DNA of 64,000 nucleotides, from the NCBI GenBank assembly GCA_963663865.1, contig OY760686.1, positions 2,528,001 through 2,592,000 on the forward strand, given 5' to 3'. How positions within the stretch are numbered: position 1 is the first letter of the stretch; every line of letters starts with the position of its first letter. The notes under the pieces were generated by a model. The model had not been told where the DNA came from. It did no database searches and saw nothing but the letters and a program-made list of their open reading frames with translations. This document shows, in pieces, positions 1 through 9,140 of the stretch. This DNA comes from Spirochaetota bacterium. GTDB taxonomy: Bacteria > Spirochaetota > UBA4802 > UBA5550. Both the position numbers and the translations under genes were made by a program.

Positions 1-587
1 ACAGCAGCCTCGTGAAAACTCACGGCGCCACTCCGAAGGGCGCGGACTGGAATTCGAGCGAGTCTCAAACGCTTCGCTTCAGACAGCTTATGAATGCTGT
101 GGAAAACGGCAAGCCGTTCAGCATCAACGAGTTAGGCTGCGGCTATGGCGCTCTGCCCGCCTGGATGAAGGATAACGGGTTCCGTTTCAGATATACCGGT
201 TACGACATTTCTTCAGAGATGATCAGCGAGGCCAAAAAACTCCACTCAAAAGGCAGGAACATTTCATTCGTTAAGTCAGACCGCATGAAATCCGCGGACT
301 ACACGGTGGCAAGCGGAATATTCAATGTCCGCCCCGGGATTTCCGAAAGGGAATGGGAGGCCTATGTCCAGGATACCATCAGAATGATGGACAGATCATC
401 GGTCAAGGCATTTGCCTTTAACGCTCTGACCTCATATTCCGATTCACACCTCATGAGGGACGACCTCTACTACGCTGACCCTCTGAAGCTATTTGACTTC
501 TGCAAAAGAAATTTTTCAAAAAACGTATCCCTTCACCACGATTACGGGCTGTACGAATTCACAATTATCGTCAGAAAGGATATATGA
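1..587 (+). CDS. Class I SAM-dependent methyltransferase of glycan biosynthesis cluster (5'-truncated by window edge)
   Basis: Frame is open to the window start (..SSLVKTHG); SAM motif ELGCGYG, YTGYDIS; DWNS-ESQ-LRF motif typical of O-antigen-locus methyltransferases. Confidence 0.85.
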   Translation, partial: SSLVKTHGATPKGADWNSSESQTLRFRQLMNAVENGKPFSINELGCGYGALPAWMKDNGFRFRYTGYDISSEMISEAKKLHSKGRNISFVKSDRMKSADYTVASGIFNVRPGISEREWEAYVQDTIRMMDRSSVKAFAFNALTSYSDSHLMRDDLYYADPLKLFDFCKRNFSKNVSLHHDYGLYEFTIIVRKDI

Positions 588-604
588 CACAACAGGAGAG
601 AATT

Positions 605-1264
605 ATGAAAAAGCTGATAATATTCGGAACAGGCGACATCGCGCAGATAGCCCATCTATACTTTTCTGAAAGCGGAGAATACAGCGTAGAAGCGTTTACT
701 GTTGACAGAGACTTCATTAAGGCAGACAGCTTCTGCGGACTCCCTGTTCACGCCTTCGAAGATATCCGGAAGGATTTCAGCCCTGATGAATACGAGCTTT
801 TCGTCGCTGTCAGCTACGCGGGCCTCAACCGCGTTAGGGCGTCAAAATACGAAGCAGGAAAGGCCATGGGATACCGCTTCGCAAGCTACATCAGCCCGGC
901 CGCCAGCATCGCATCAAACGCCGAAATAGGAGAAAACTGCTTTATATTCGAAGACAACACGGTTCAACCCTTTGTAAAAATCGGCAATAATGTAACACTG
1001 TGGAGCGGCAACCACATAGGCCACCACTCCACCGTCGGAGACAGCTGCTTTATTACGTCCCATGTGGTTATATCGGGCGGTGTACATGTTGGAGATTTTT
1101 CCTTCATCGGAGTAAACGCGACTCTGAGGGATCACATAAAAATTGGGATGAGCTGCGTAATAGGAGCCGGAGCCATCATTATGAACAATACCGATGACGA
1201 AAGTGTCTACGTGCCTGAGAGGACGAAGCCCCGGAACATGAAGAGCAGCGAACTGCGTCTTTAA
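605..1264 (+). CDS. Sugar O/N-acetyltransferase, NeuD/PglD family (left-handed beta-helix)
   Basis: N-terminal IIFGTGD Rossmann-like motif, hexapeptide repeats, IGHHSTVG; ATG 605 preceded by AGGAG (alternative start 584). Confidence 0.88.
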   Translation: MKKLIIFGTGDIAQIAHLYFSESGEYSVEAFTVDRDFIKADSFCGLPVHAFEDIRKDFSPDEYELFVAVSYAGLNRVRASKYEAGKAMGYRFASYISPAASIASNAEIGENCFIFEDNTVQPFVKIGNNVTLWSGNHIGHHSTVGDSCFITSHVVISGGVHVGDFSFIGVNATLRDHIKIGMSCVIGAGAIIMNNTDDESVYVPERTKPRNMKSSELRL

Positions 1265-1308
1265 CAGAAATTTTTCTTATATAGACCGTCTGAAAAGGGA
1301 GCGCCCGA

Positions 1309-2352
1309 TTAAAACAGAAAGAATATACCTGTACCGGCGCCCGCATATACCGGAAACGATTCTCTTTCTGCGACTAAGCCGCAATAGAGGCTGAAGCGCA
1401 TACCCACATTGTATGTCAGCATTCTTGAGGCGCTCAAACCTGCATCGGCCATGAACTCAATGGCAGGGCCGGACTGGTAGACGGTTTCACCCGAAGGATA
1501 ATGGTAGCTCATGTACACGGCGCCCGCCCTTACAACCGGCTGAAGAGACCACTGACCAAATTCTGCTGCAGCATAGCACACCCTCAGCAGCAGGGGCACC
1601 TGCAGCATGTACCCCCCCAGAGTGCTTGAAAACTCGTATCGAAGCAGCCCGGCATCAACGCCCGCGGAAAGGCCCGGAACAAAAATGTCCCTAAACGACA
1701 GGGCAGCTCCGCCCCCAAACGCGTATTCCGCCCGATCGGCAAACTCTCCTGCCGGTAGCTGAAACGAGCCGTACAAATCAAAGCTTATATTGTCAACAGG
1801 CTCATCAACTGCCGTCTGATAGGACTCCTCGCGTTTCCGGGGATATCCTTTTTCGAGATACCAGCGTATATCCTCAACAATAAGGGCGCTCATCTTCTTC
1901 AGGTAGCGCCTGAGACTTCCCTGCCTGTCAATGCGCCTGACATAAGCGTAAAGAATGGAACCGTCTTCCACTCTGATGACGCGAATATTCAGAATTGCCT
2001 TGCCGAGCAGAGTTGAAATGCTGCCCGTCACGAAATAATCGGCTGTGAGCATTTTTCCGGCCGAGACAATGGCTCCGCTGCCGGAGAGGTTCTCCTTCAG
2101 TGACTTCTCTTTAAGAATAAGGTCAACTCTCTCCCTTTCAAGTATGCGGAAACTGCGCGAGTTGAAAAAATTAAGCTCAATCTCATCCCTGAGAGTCTTC
2201 TCGAACTTTCTTGACTCCTCATCGAATTCAAAACCCGCAATGGCCACGGCCGGCCTGCTTTCAGATGCGGCAAAAGCTCCAGACACAACCGGAGCAAACG
2301 CACACACGGCAAGCATGACCGCACAAACAATAATCCGAATTACTCTCTTCAA
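1309..2352 (-). CDS. Secreted CsgG/HfaB/FlgO-like domain fused to a C-terminal outer-membrane beta-barrel
   Basis: Signal peptide; AVAIAGF..FRILERERVDLILKE..GKMLTADYFVTGSI..LNIRVIRVEDG CsgG-type signature; amphipathic strands ending in terminal Phe; TTG start overlaps upstream TGA. Confidence 0.7.
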   Translation of the reverse strand: MKRVIRIIVCAVMLAVCAFAPVVSGAFAASESRPAVAIAGFEFDEESRKFEKTLRDEIELNFFNSRSFRILERERVDLILKEKSLKENLSGSGAIVSAGKMLTADYFVTGSISTLLGKAILNIRVIRVEDGSILYAYVRRIDRQGSLRRYLKKMSALIVEDIRWYLEKGYPRKREESYQTAVDEPVDNISFDLYGSFQLPAGEFADRAEYAFGGGAALSFRDIFVPGLSAGVDAGLLRYEFSSTLGGYMLQVPLLLRVCYAAAEFGQWSLQPVVRAGAVYMSYHYPSGETVYQSGPAIEFMADAGLSASRMLTYNVGMRFSLYCGLVAERESFPVYAGAGTGIFFLF

Positions 2353-3059
2353 TTTAACTTCGCTTTTATCTCACGGAAATATTCTCTGCAGCGCTCTTCG
2401 AAGCCTTCATCTTTCTTTAATGACTTTCTTACAATCCCTACAACCTCGGAGGTATCACCCCTGACTATTCTTGATGTCAACAGAACCGCTCCGTCTTCAG
2501 ACTCCGCGCTTCCAAGCACGATGTACTCCGCGTTACTGTGCATTCCCGCAGACTGAATTACGCGCATCTGACTCCCGCTCCCCAGGACACGGGCGGCAGC
2601 TCTGTTCAATGCACTGAGTTCGGCGCTTCCAATCGTCTCTGAAGTAAAGCCCTGGAAACCTATAAGCTTCATTTTTATCCGGGGGGGGATATTGACCTGT
2701 TCAGTTTCTGTTTCCACCGGCTCCGGAATTGATATTTCCGAAACAGCCTGCTTCTCTTTTTTTGAAGCAACATAGTACTTCACGCTGACAGCGGAAGCTG
2801 TAGTAACCGCTACAGCCGTTGATACCGCTAAAACCTTATTCACTGCCATAAAAAGCTTTATGTTCTTCATGAGATACATAAGAGCGGCAAATATAGCTGC
2901 CCATGCCGATATGAGGCCAAGCTCTCTGAGCAGCCTTTTCAGAACCCTTTCCTGCGACTTAATCGCGTGGCGTCTTGCCTCCCTGGAAGAGCTTTCGACA
3001 AGCTCAGCTCTGTCGAGAAGGCTTTCAAAAAGGAGGATATCTTTACGTCCAGACTTCAT
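2349..3059 (-). CDS. Putative membrane-anchored anti-sigma factor with C-terminal TolB-N/FlgO/CsgG-like domain
   Basis: ATGA overlap with ECF sigma gene; short cytoplasmic N-terminus, hydrophobic segments (LISAWAAIFAALMYL; VLAVSTAVAVTTASAV), Pro/Glu linker, C-terminal AEYIVLGS..LLTSRIVRGDTSEVV. Confidence 0.55.
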   Translation of the reverse strand: MKSGRKDILLFESLLDRAELVESSSREARRHAIKSQERVLKRLLRELGLISAWAAIFAALMYLMKNIKLFMAVNKVLAVSTAVAVTTASAVSVKYYVASKKEKQAVSEISIPEPVETETEQVNIPPRIKMKLIGFQGFTSETIGSAELSALNRAAARVLGSGSQMRVIQSAGMHSNAEYIVLGSAESEDGAVLLTSRIVRGDTSEVVGIVRKSLKKDEGFEERCREYFREIKAKLN

Positions 3060-3592
3060 ATCAGATCCTCCACGCCCGTGATTCCTTTATTTCTTAAATT
3101 ATGCATCATCTTCTTTATTACCCTTTTATACCTGTAACCTGTCTGTCTTGAGCTGAGATTAAGCTGTAAAGCGGCCTCCCTGCGGGAATAGCGTAATATA
3201 GCAATAAGCTCAAAGACGGTCCTGTCAATATCATCCTCGTAGTTCTCAGCGTTATCAATCTCCTGCTGAAGCACTATCCTCAGATCGTTTGAAACAGACT
3301 CCCTCAAATCTGAAAGATCATCTTTTCCGCTGTCGAGTTCAACCTGGCTCTCGCCTCTGCTCCTGTAAAACTGAGATATCCTGTTTCTTGCCACAGTCAT
3401 CAGCCAGTTTTTTGGCTCAATTACTGTCTCAATATTCCTGTATAAATCAATGAATATTTCGTGGCAGATATCCTCGGCGTCTTCCACCTTCCCCAGAGAC
3501 TTATAGACTCTGTTAAAGACAAGGGAATAGTTGTTTCTATAGCACTCAATAAACTCGGTCTTTAAGGCCTTATCGTCTTCCATTTCCACCAT
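3056..3592 (-). CDS. ECF sigma-70 family RNA polymerase sigma factor
   Basis: Region 2 (DAEDICHEIF, NWLMTVARN) and region 4 HTH (YSRREAALQLNLS); start likely ATG 3592 or 3583 rather than 3778. Confidence 0.85.
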   Translation of the reverse strand: MVEMEDDKALKTEFIECYRNNYSLVFNRVYKSLGKVEDAEDICHEIFIDLYRNIETVIEPKNWLMTVARNRISQFYRSRGESQVELDSGKDDLSDLRESVSNDLRIVLQQEIDNAENYEDDIDRTVFELIAILRYSRREAALQLNLSSRQTGYRYKRVIKKMMHNLRNKGITGVEDLI

Positions 3593-3696
3593 ACACTGTA
3601 TAAGATGATTTTTACACAAACTGTTGACATATTTTTTTTTATTATCGGGGTTTTTTTGTGAAATTTGCAGCGATGAAGCCCAATTACACCTTAACT

Positions 3697-3715
3697 TCCC
3701 CGCCTGCGGCGGGGA
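3697..3715. repeat. GC-rich inverted repeat (REP-like hairpin) in the divergent intergenic region
   Basis: TCCCCGCC-TGC-GGCGGGGA. Confidence 0.5.
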
Positions 3716-3951
3716 GGAGTTGATGTTTGTGTCCTCGCAGTTTTTATCACTATTCAAATTTCCACTTGACATCTTCATTTTTTATTAAAAAACTTTCCAC
3801 GAGTTAGCGGCGGAAATCAAGCCGGCTTGCGCGTCAGCATGAAAATTGCATGGTTTAATCAAAAGCTTTGATTTTCCTTATACTCTCATTTATATATATT
3901 TATTTTACTATATGATTTTAACTCATATTTTTTCATAATAAATATGGCTGG

Positions 3952-6471
3952 TTGATTTTGTCAATTTATAAGAATATAAACAAGCTCTCCATAAGCTTCT
4001 TCTGGATATGGCTGACCATTTCAGCATGTTTCCTTCACGTTTCGTGCGGGAATTACATCAACGACATCAAACCGTATATTCCCGCACCCCTGTCTTCACT
4101 CTCAATTGGAAACGGAAGCCTCAACCCCGAGTTTGACAGCCTGACGACCAGCTACGAATGCGAGGTCCCCTACAGCACAGATTCAATCTCGCTTAGCGCG
4201 GATGCTTCATCCTCGATTAAATTCTACGTTGACGAAATTCCGCTTAAGACAGAGAGCGGGACAGTGATTATTGAACTCCATCCCGGAGTAAATATTGTAT
4301 CTATCAGGACTTCAGCTCACGGCAAGTATTCGCCCGGAGAATACATCCTGAGAATTAACCGTTTGCCGTCAAGCCGTCTATCATCGCTCAACGTTGAAAA
4401 CGGGCTCCTTGAACATGAGTTTACACCTGATACATCCGAATACACACTTTCAGTATTTTATACATACGACCGAGTGAACCTTACACCGTTTACTGAGGAC
4501 CCTGAGGCTGAAATACGGATAAACGGAGGCATCATTCAAAGCGGAGAATCAAGAACAGTAAGGCTGTTTTCAGACGGAAATGAGGACACCATCATCGCGG
4601 TCACTGCCTCAGATGGAAGCATTGCTGAATACACTTTCAAAATAAGACGTCAGCTGATTAGCTCATGGACTGAACACACTGTTAACGGATCTGTGGGCTC
4701 ATCCCGCTGGAACAGCGTAGCGCTGTCCGATGACGGAAACACCATTGCTGCTGTTTCAACCGAATCAATCTTCAGAACTTTTGACCAGGGTGATACATGG
4801 CACGAGATGACATCGCCTGTTATCAGAGGCTGGACTTCCGTTGCGCTTTCAGGGGACGGAGCGGCCATGACAGCCGCCGGCCCGGATGGCATTTGGCTCT
4901 TTGATTCGTCCGGCACTGACGGCACTCTATGCGCGGGCACGGCCGGACCTGACTGGGCTTCTGTCTCTTCAAGCCCGGACTTCTCCCTCCTCGCAGCTTG
5001 CGCTTTCGGAGATTACATCTACACATCCTCCGACGGGGGAAACACCTGGGACATGAGGACTTTCTCCGGGGAACGCGACTGGGCTGATATAGCAGTATCT
5101 CCCGACGGCGCTTTCATTGCCGCGGTCTGCAAATCGGGCAGCATATTCACATCCTCAGATTCAGGGCTTTCCTGGAATGAAACCGCCTCGGCTCCAACGG
5201 GAGCAGGACCGTGGATTGCGGCTGCCGTGTTCAGCTCGGGACTGATTGCAGTCTGTTCAGAAGCCGGCTATATCTACAGCACAACAGACGGGGGCTCCAC
5301 CTGGTCAGAGCACCCTCAAACCGGCGTGAGGAACTGGACTGACATCTGCTTTGATTCCGCTGGCGAGATTGTTGCATCCGCTTCGAACAGCTACATCTAC
5401 AAATCCGGAAACTCGAGGACTGAATGGACTCAGATGATATCATCCGGCAGGGACAGCTGGAGTTCAGCGGCCGTTTCGGGAGCAAATGTAATTGTTGCAG
5501 CTTCCAACCCTGGAAGGCTCAAAATATCTTTGAACTCAGGACAGATTTGGAATGAGTTCAACGGTCCCGACATACGGCTGTGGACTTCAATAGCATCCTC
5601 TTCAAACGGCCTCCGCTTCGCTGCCGCTGACTGCGGCGGATACATATATACATACCCTGACCCTGACACGGATGAACTGTGGACCGAGCATCAGGCTGCC
5701 GGCAGGCGGAAATGGGCCGATATCGCCATGTCGAATGACGGGTCATTTATAGCGGCCTGCGCGCCCTCCGATGGAATGTATATATCCTCAGACTTCGGGA
5801 ATGCCTGGGAACAGCCAGACTCAACGTCAGGAATCAGCTGGAAGAGAATCGTCTGTGCTTCAGACGCTTCATTTCTGGCCGCATGCGCTACAGACGACTT
5901 CATCTATATATCCAAAGACAGAGGAAGCAGCTGGTCAGCCTGCGATACCTCCGGGCTTCGGAACTGGCAGGCCCTGTGCGTCTCAGCTGACGGGATGAGA
6001 ATTGCCGCCTGCGAGGAATACGGCTATATCTATACGTCTTCGGACGGAGGAGAGACATGGGCAGCAGAAGATTCTGCGGGAATAAGATACTGGCAGGACA
6101 TAACCTGCTCAGCTGACGGCTCTTTTTTGTCCGCATGCGAAAAAGACGGTAACTTCGTTTTTTTTGAATCGGACAGTACAACCTCATGGCCGGCTGAGCT
6201 CCAGGAGTTTCAGCTTGAAGGCGACTGGCAGAGTATCAAATCGTCATACGACGGAAGAGAGATGCTGCTCTGCACAAGAACCGGCTCCCTGTACTTTTTC
6301 CATAATCCCGTGGATAATAATCCCGTGGATAATCCCGTGGATTGGCCTTATTCCTTACAGATAATCGATTATGCCGGAACAGAGGGCTTTAATTCAATCG
6401 GGGCTTCGGCAAACCTTTCACGCATAATGGCAGCTCCTGCATCGGCAAGCACTCTTCTTTTCTGCGAATGA
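3952..6471 (+). CDS. Large surface (lipo)protein: two cadherin-like beta-sandwich domains plus BNR/Asp-box beta-propellers
   Basis: Possible lipobox LHVSC; two LSSL..G.L...F....T.Y repeats; Asp-boxes SSDGGNTW, TTDGGSTW, SKDRGSSW, SSDGGETW; W-x-x-(I/V)A-x-S-x-DG blade starts; TTG start uncertain. Confidence 0.75.
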   Translation: MILSIYKNINKLSISFFWIWLTISACFLHVSCGNYINDIKPYIPAPLSSLSIGNGSLNPEFDSLTTSYECEVPYSTDSISLSADASSSIKFYVDEIPLKTESGTVIIELHPGVNIVSIRTSAHGKYSPGEYILRINRLPSSRLSSLNVENGLLEHEFTPDTSEYTLSVFYTYDRVNLTPFTEDPEAEIRINGGIIQSGESRTVRLFSDGNEDTIIAVTASDGSIAEYTFKIRRQLISSWTEHTVNGSVGSSRWNSVALSDDGNTIAAVSTESIFRTFDQGDTWHEMTSPVIRGWTSVALSGDGAAMTAAGPDGIWLFDSSGTDGTLCAGTAGPDWASVSSSPDFSLLAACAFGDYIYTSSDGGNTWDMRTFSGERDWADIAVSPDGAFIAAVCKSGSIFTSSDSGLSWNETASAPTGAGPWIAAAVFSSGLIAVCSEAGYIYSTTDGGSTWSEHPQTGVRNWTDICFDSAGEIVASASNSYIYKSGNSRTEWTQMISSGRDSWSSAAVSGANVIVAASNPGRLKISLNSGQIWNEFNGPDIRLWTSIASSSNGLRFAAADCGGYIYTYPDPDTDELWTEHQAAGRRKWADIAMSNDGSFIAACAPSDGMYISSDFGNAWEQPDSTSGISWKRIVCASDASFLAACATDDFIYISKDRGSSWSACDTSGLRNWQALCVSADGMRIAACEEYGYIYTSSDGGETWAAEDSAGIRYWQDITCSADGSFLSACEKDGNFVFFESDSTTSWPAELQEFQLEGDWQSIKSSYDGREMLLCTRTGSLYFFHNPVDNNPVDNPVDWPYSLQIIDYAGTEGFNSIGASANLSRIMAAPASASTLLFCE
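6304..6342 (+). repeat. In-frame tandem repeat AATCCCGTGGAT x3 (NPVD-N-NPVD-NPVD)
   Basis: Units at 6304-6315, 6319-6330 and 6331-6342. Confidence 0.9.
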
Positions 6472-6519
6472 CGGCTGCTTTCCCTTACGGAGGGATTTTT
6501 TACCAGGTGAATATGAAAA

Positions 6520-7419
6520 ATGAAATGGAATAAAATTGGACACATCTTCACTCCTGACGGCTCCATCCCCCTCATGAAAACACATGCCTCACTGCCGGTA
6601 GCGGAAAACGTAGACGGCCCTCTATTCAGAATTTACTTCAGCTCAAGAGACGACCTCAACCGTTCGCATACATTCAGCCTTATGTTCGATATAGAAAGCT
6701 TAAAAATTCTGTCGGTTGACATTGAACCGGTACTTTCTCCGGGGGAACCCGGTTTTTTCGATGACTCGGGGGCCATGGCCTCGTGCATTCTCGAAAACGA
6801 AGGCACAAAATACCTCTACTATATAGGCTGGAATCTCGGAGTCAGCGTACCATTCAGAAATGCTATTGGCCTTGCGCTGAGACGCCCGGGGGAAAACATC
6901 TTTACAAAATACTCTGAAGGCCCCATTGTTGACAGAAGTCCGGTTGACCCATGTTTTACCGCCAGCTCATGCGTCCTTTACGTGGGCGGGCTTTTCAGAA
7001 TGTGGTATCTTTCGTGTGTATCATGGCTACCCCGCCACAGATACAATATCAAATACGCTGAATCTGCCGATGGCATCAACTGGCGCCGTAAAGGCATAAC
7101 AGCGATTGACTTTAAAGACGCTGACGAATATGCCATCTCGGTGCCGAGGGTCCTCGTAGAACAGGGCGCTTACGGGATGTGGTTTTCACACCGCGGCACT
7201 CCCGACGCTCCGGCGTATAGAATAGGTTACGCGGAATCAGCTGACGGAATCACGTGGAAAAGAAACGATCAAAAGGCTGGGCTTACAACTTCCGAGTCTG
7301 GATGGGACTCGGATATGGTCTGTTATCCGTTTGTTTTTACCCACAACGGGACAAAATACATGCTTTACAACGGAAACGGTTACGGAGTTACCGGTTTCGG
7401 TTTAGCTGCAGAGGAATAA
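6520..7419 (+). CDS. Five-bladed beta-propeller glycosylase-like protein (GH43/GH130-like fold) of polysaccharide loci
   Basis: FDDSG, YLYYIGWN, YAESADGINW/YAESADGITW repeats, YNGNGYG.TGFGLA C-terminus. Confidence 0.75.
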   Translation: MKWNKIGHIFTPDGSIPLMKTHASLPVAENVDGPLFRIYFSSRDDLNRSHTFSLMFDIESLKILSVDIEPVLSPGEPGFFDDSGAMASCILENEGTKYLYYIGWNLGVSVPFRNAIGLALRRPGENIFTKYSEGPIVDRSPVDPCFTASSCVLYVGGLFRMWYLSCVSWLPRHRYNIKYAESADGINWRRKGITAIDFKDADEYAISVPRVLVEQGAYGMWFSHRGTPDAPAYRIGYAESADGITWKRNDQKAGLTTSESGWDSDMVCYPFVFTHNGTKYMLYNGNGYGVTGFGLAAEE

Positions 7420-7424
7420 TCACA

Positions 7425-8279
7425 ATGACCAGACAACTCCCGAGAAAGCTGTTCATCTGCCCCGAATGCAGATCTTCAAGACTCCGATTCCGCAAGGACC
7501 GGATTACCTGCATGGGCTGTTCTTCTCAGTTTTCCGTAGATAACGGCCGTTACATATTCCTGAAAAATCCTCCTTCCGCCCTTGATTTACTTGACCGTAT
7601 TAAATCAATATTCAAATCGTTTCCCCGGCTCTATTCGTTTATTGTCAGAACTTTCAGCCCTGTTTATTCACCGGACTTTACATCGAGATTTATCAGCGAC
7701 TATATTCAGGACAAATCGCTCGTTTCAATCAACCTCGGAAGCGGAGCCGTCAGTCTTTCAGATAATATGATCGACATAGACTGTGTTCCGTATAAAAACG
7801 TCAGCATCGTGTGCAACATTACGTCGCTTCCTGTTGCCGACTCAAGCGTGGACCGCATTCTCAACTCTGCGGTGCTTGAACATGTCCCCTCGCCCGAGGC
7901 AGCGGTCAATGAAATGTTGAGGATTATGAAACCCGGAGCCGTAATATGCTGTTACATGCCCTTCATTGTAGGCTATCATGCCAGTCCTCATGACTACTCA
8001 AGGCTGACAATCGAAGGCATGCGGCATCTGTTCAAAGATTTCGATATTGTATCACTCGATGTATGCGGCGGACCGACAAGCGGTCTGCTCTGGATTCTCC
8101 AGGAATGGCTTGCTCTTATTCTCTCCTTCGGTTCAAAGAATCTCCACCTTGTCCTTTACATCCTGATAAGCATGCTGACATGGCCAGTTAAGTATATTGA
8201 TGTTATACTCAGAAAACACCCTGCATCAAGGAACATAGCAAGCGGTTTTCTTATAACAGCGAGGAAGCCGTCCCAATGA
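7425..8279 (+). CDS. Class I SAM methyltransferase (type 11) with N-terminal Trm112-like Zn ribbon
   Basis: CPEC..CMGC; INLGSG; AVLEHV; YHASPHDYSR; ATG 7425 after GAGGA. Confidence 0.8.
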   Translation: MTRQLPRKLFICPECRSSRLRFRKDRITCMGCSSQFSVDNGRYIFLKNPPSALDLLDRIKSIFKSFPRLYSFIVRTFSPVYSPDFTSRFISDYIQDKSLVSINLGSGAVSLSDNMIDIDCVPYKNVSIVCNITSLPVADSSVDRILNSAVLEHVPSPEAAVNEMLRIMKPGAVICCYMPFIVGYHASPHDYSRLTIEGMRHLFKDFDIVSLDVCGGPTSGLLWILQEWLALILSFGSKNLHLVLYILISMLTWPVKYIDVILRKHPASRNIASGFLITARKPSQ

Positions 8280-9136
8280 TTCTCTGTCCCGAATGCGGCC
8301 TTCCGCTTAATAAAAAGTCATGCAGATGCGGCTTCAAGCTCGCAAAACAAAACGGCGTTTACCGCCTGGCAGCCGGCATTCCACACATCAAACCGGGGTA
8401 CTCGGAGGAAGGGCATATCGTACTCAACTCGTGCGAAGAAAAACACTTCTGGTTTGTCATAAGACGCAGACTTATTTCAGAAGCTGTAAAGCGCTGCCTT
8501 AAGCCAGGCTCGTCTGTGTTCGACGCGGGCTGCGGAACCGGCCGGACAGCAATGGAACTCAGCAAAGCCGGATTTAAGGTAAGCGCCGGAGACATCTTTG
8601 AGCCCGGACTCAGGCTTTCCGCCTCCAGGATACAGGGCCCGGTCTATCAAACCGACATATCAGATCTCCCATTCAGGGAGCATTTCGATTCTGTATGTGC
8701 CTTTGACGTTATTGAGCACTTTAAGGACGATATCGCCCTCATGAAAACTTTTCATTCGGCGCTTAAGCCCGGGGGAATCATCTTTCTGACAGTTCCCGCC
8801 TACCAGTTCCTCTGGAGCCGAGGCGACACTGAAGGCGGGCACGCAAGAAGATATAGCAGAAAAACAGTGAGAAACCTTCTCCGCAATGCCGGCTTTGAGC
8901 CGCTTGAGATACGCTATTTCTATCTATTTATTCTTCCCCTTCTCTTTCTTCGGAAACTTCTGCTCATGTTCAGTCCGAGTGGGCATAAATCCACCGAGAC
9001 CGGTACAGCCATAAATGAGGCAGTCAATGCCATCCTCATGTCAGCCGCACGTTTTGAGCACCGGATATTCCGCCGTAGCGGCCCTCCTGCTGGAGGCAGC
9101 ATCCTGGCAGCAGGCAAAAAAATCGAGGAGCAGTAA
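8276..9136 (+). CDS. Class I SAM methyltransferase with N-terminal Cys ribbon
   Basis: CPECG..CRCG; E.KHFWF; FDAGCGTG; FDVIEH; TVPA..LWS..D...GH.RRY. Confidence 0.85.
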   Translation: MILCPECGLPLNKKSCRCGFKLAKQNGVYRLAAGIPHIKPGYSEEGHIVLNSCEEKHFWFVIRRRLISEAVKRCLKPGSSVFDAGCGTGRTAMELSKAGFKVSAGDIFEPGLRLSASRIQGPVYQTDISDLPFREHFDSVCAFDVIEHFKDDIALMKTFHSALKPGGIIFLTVPAYQFLWSRGDTEGGHARRYSRKTVRNLLRNAGFEPLEIRYFYLFILPLLFLRKLLLMFSPSGHKSTETGTAINEAVNAILMSAARFEHRIFRRSGPPAGGSILAAGKKIEEQ

Positions 9137-9140
9137 GCTA

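Noticed and set aside
1265-1308. Possible att sites or terminal repeats bounding the ECF cassette (versus 6472-6519)
   Set aside because: Only 5-6 bp scattered matches; not distinguishable from chance
3593-3778. 61-aa N-terminal extension of the ECF sigma in the ORF track
   Set aside because: Runs through poly-A/T promoter-like sequence and a GC hairpin; sigma homology begins only near 3592
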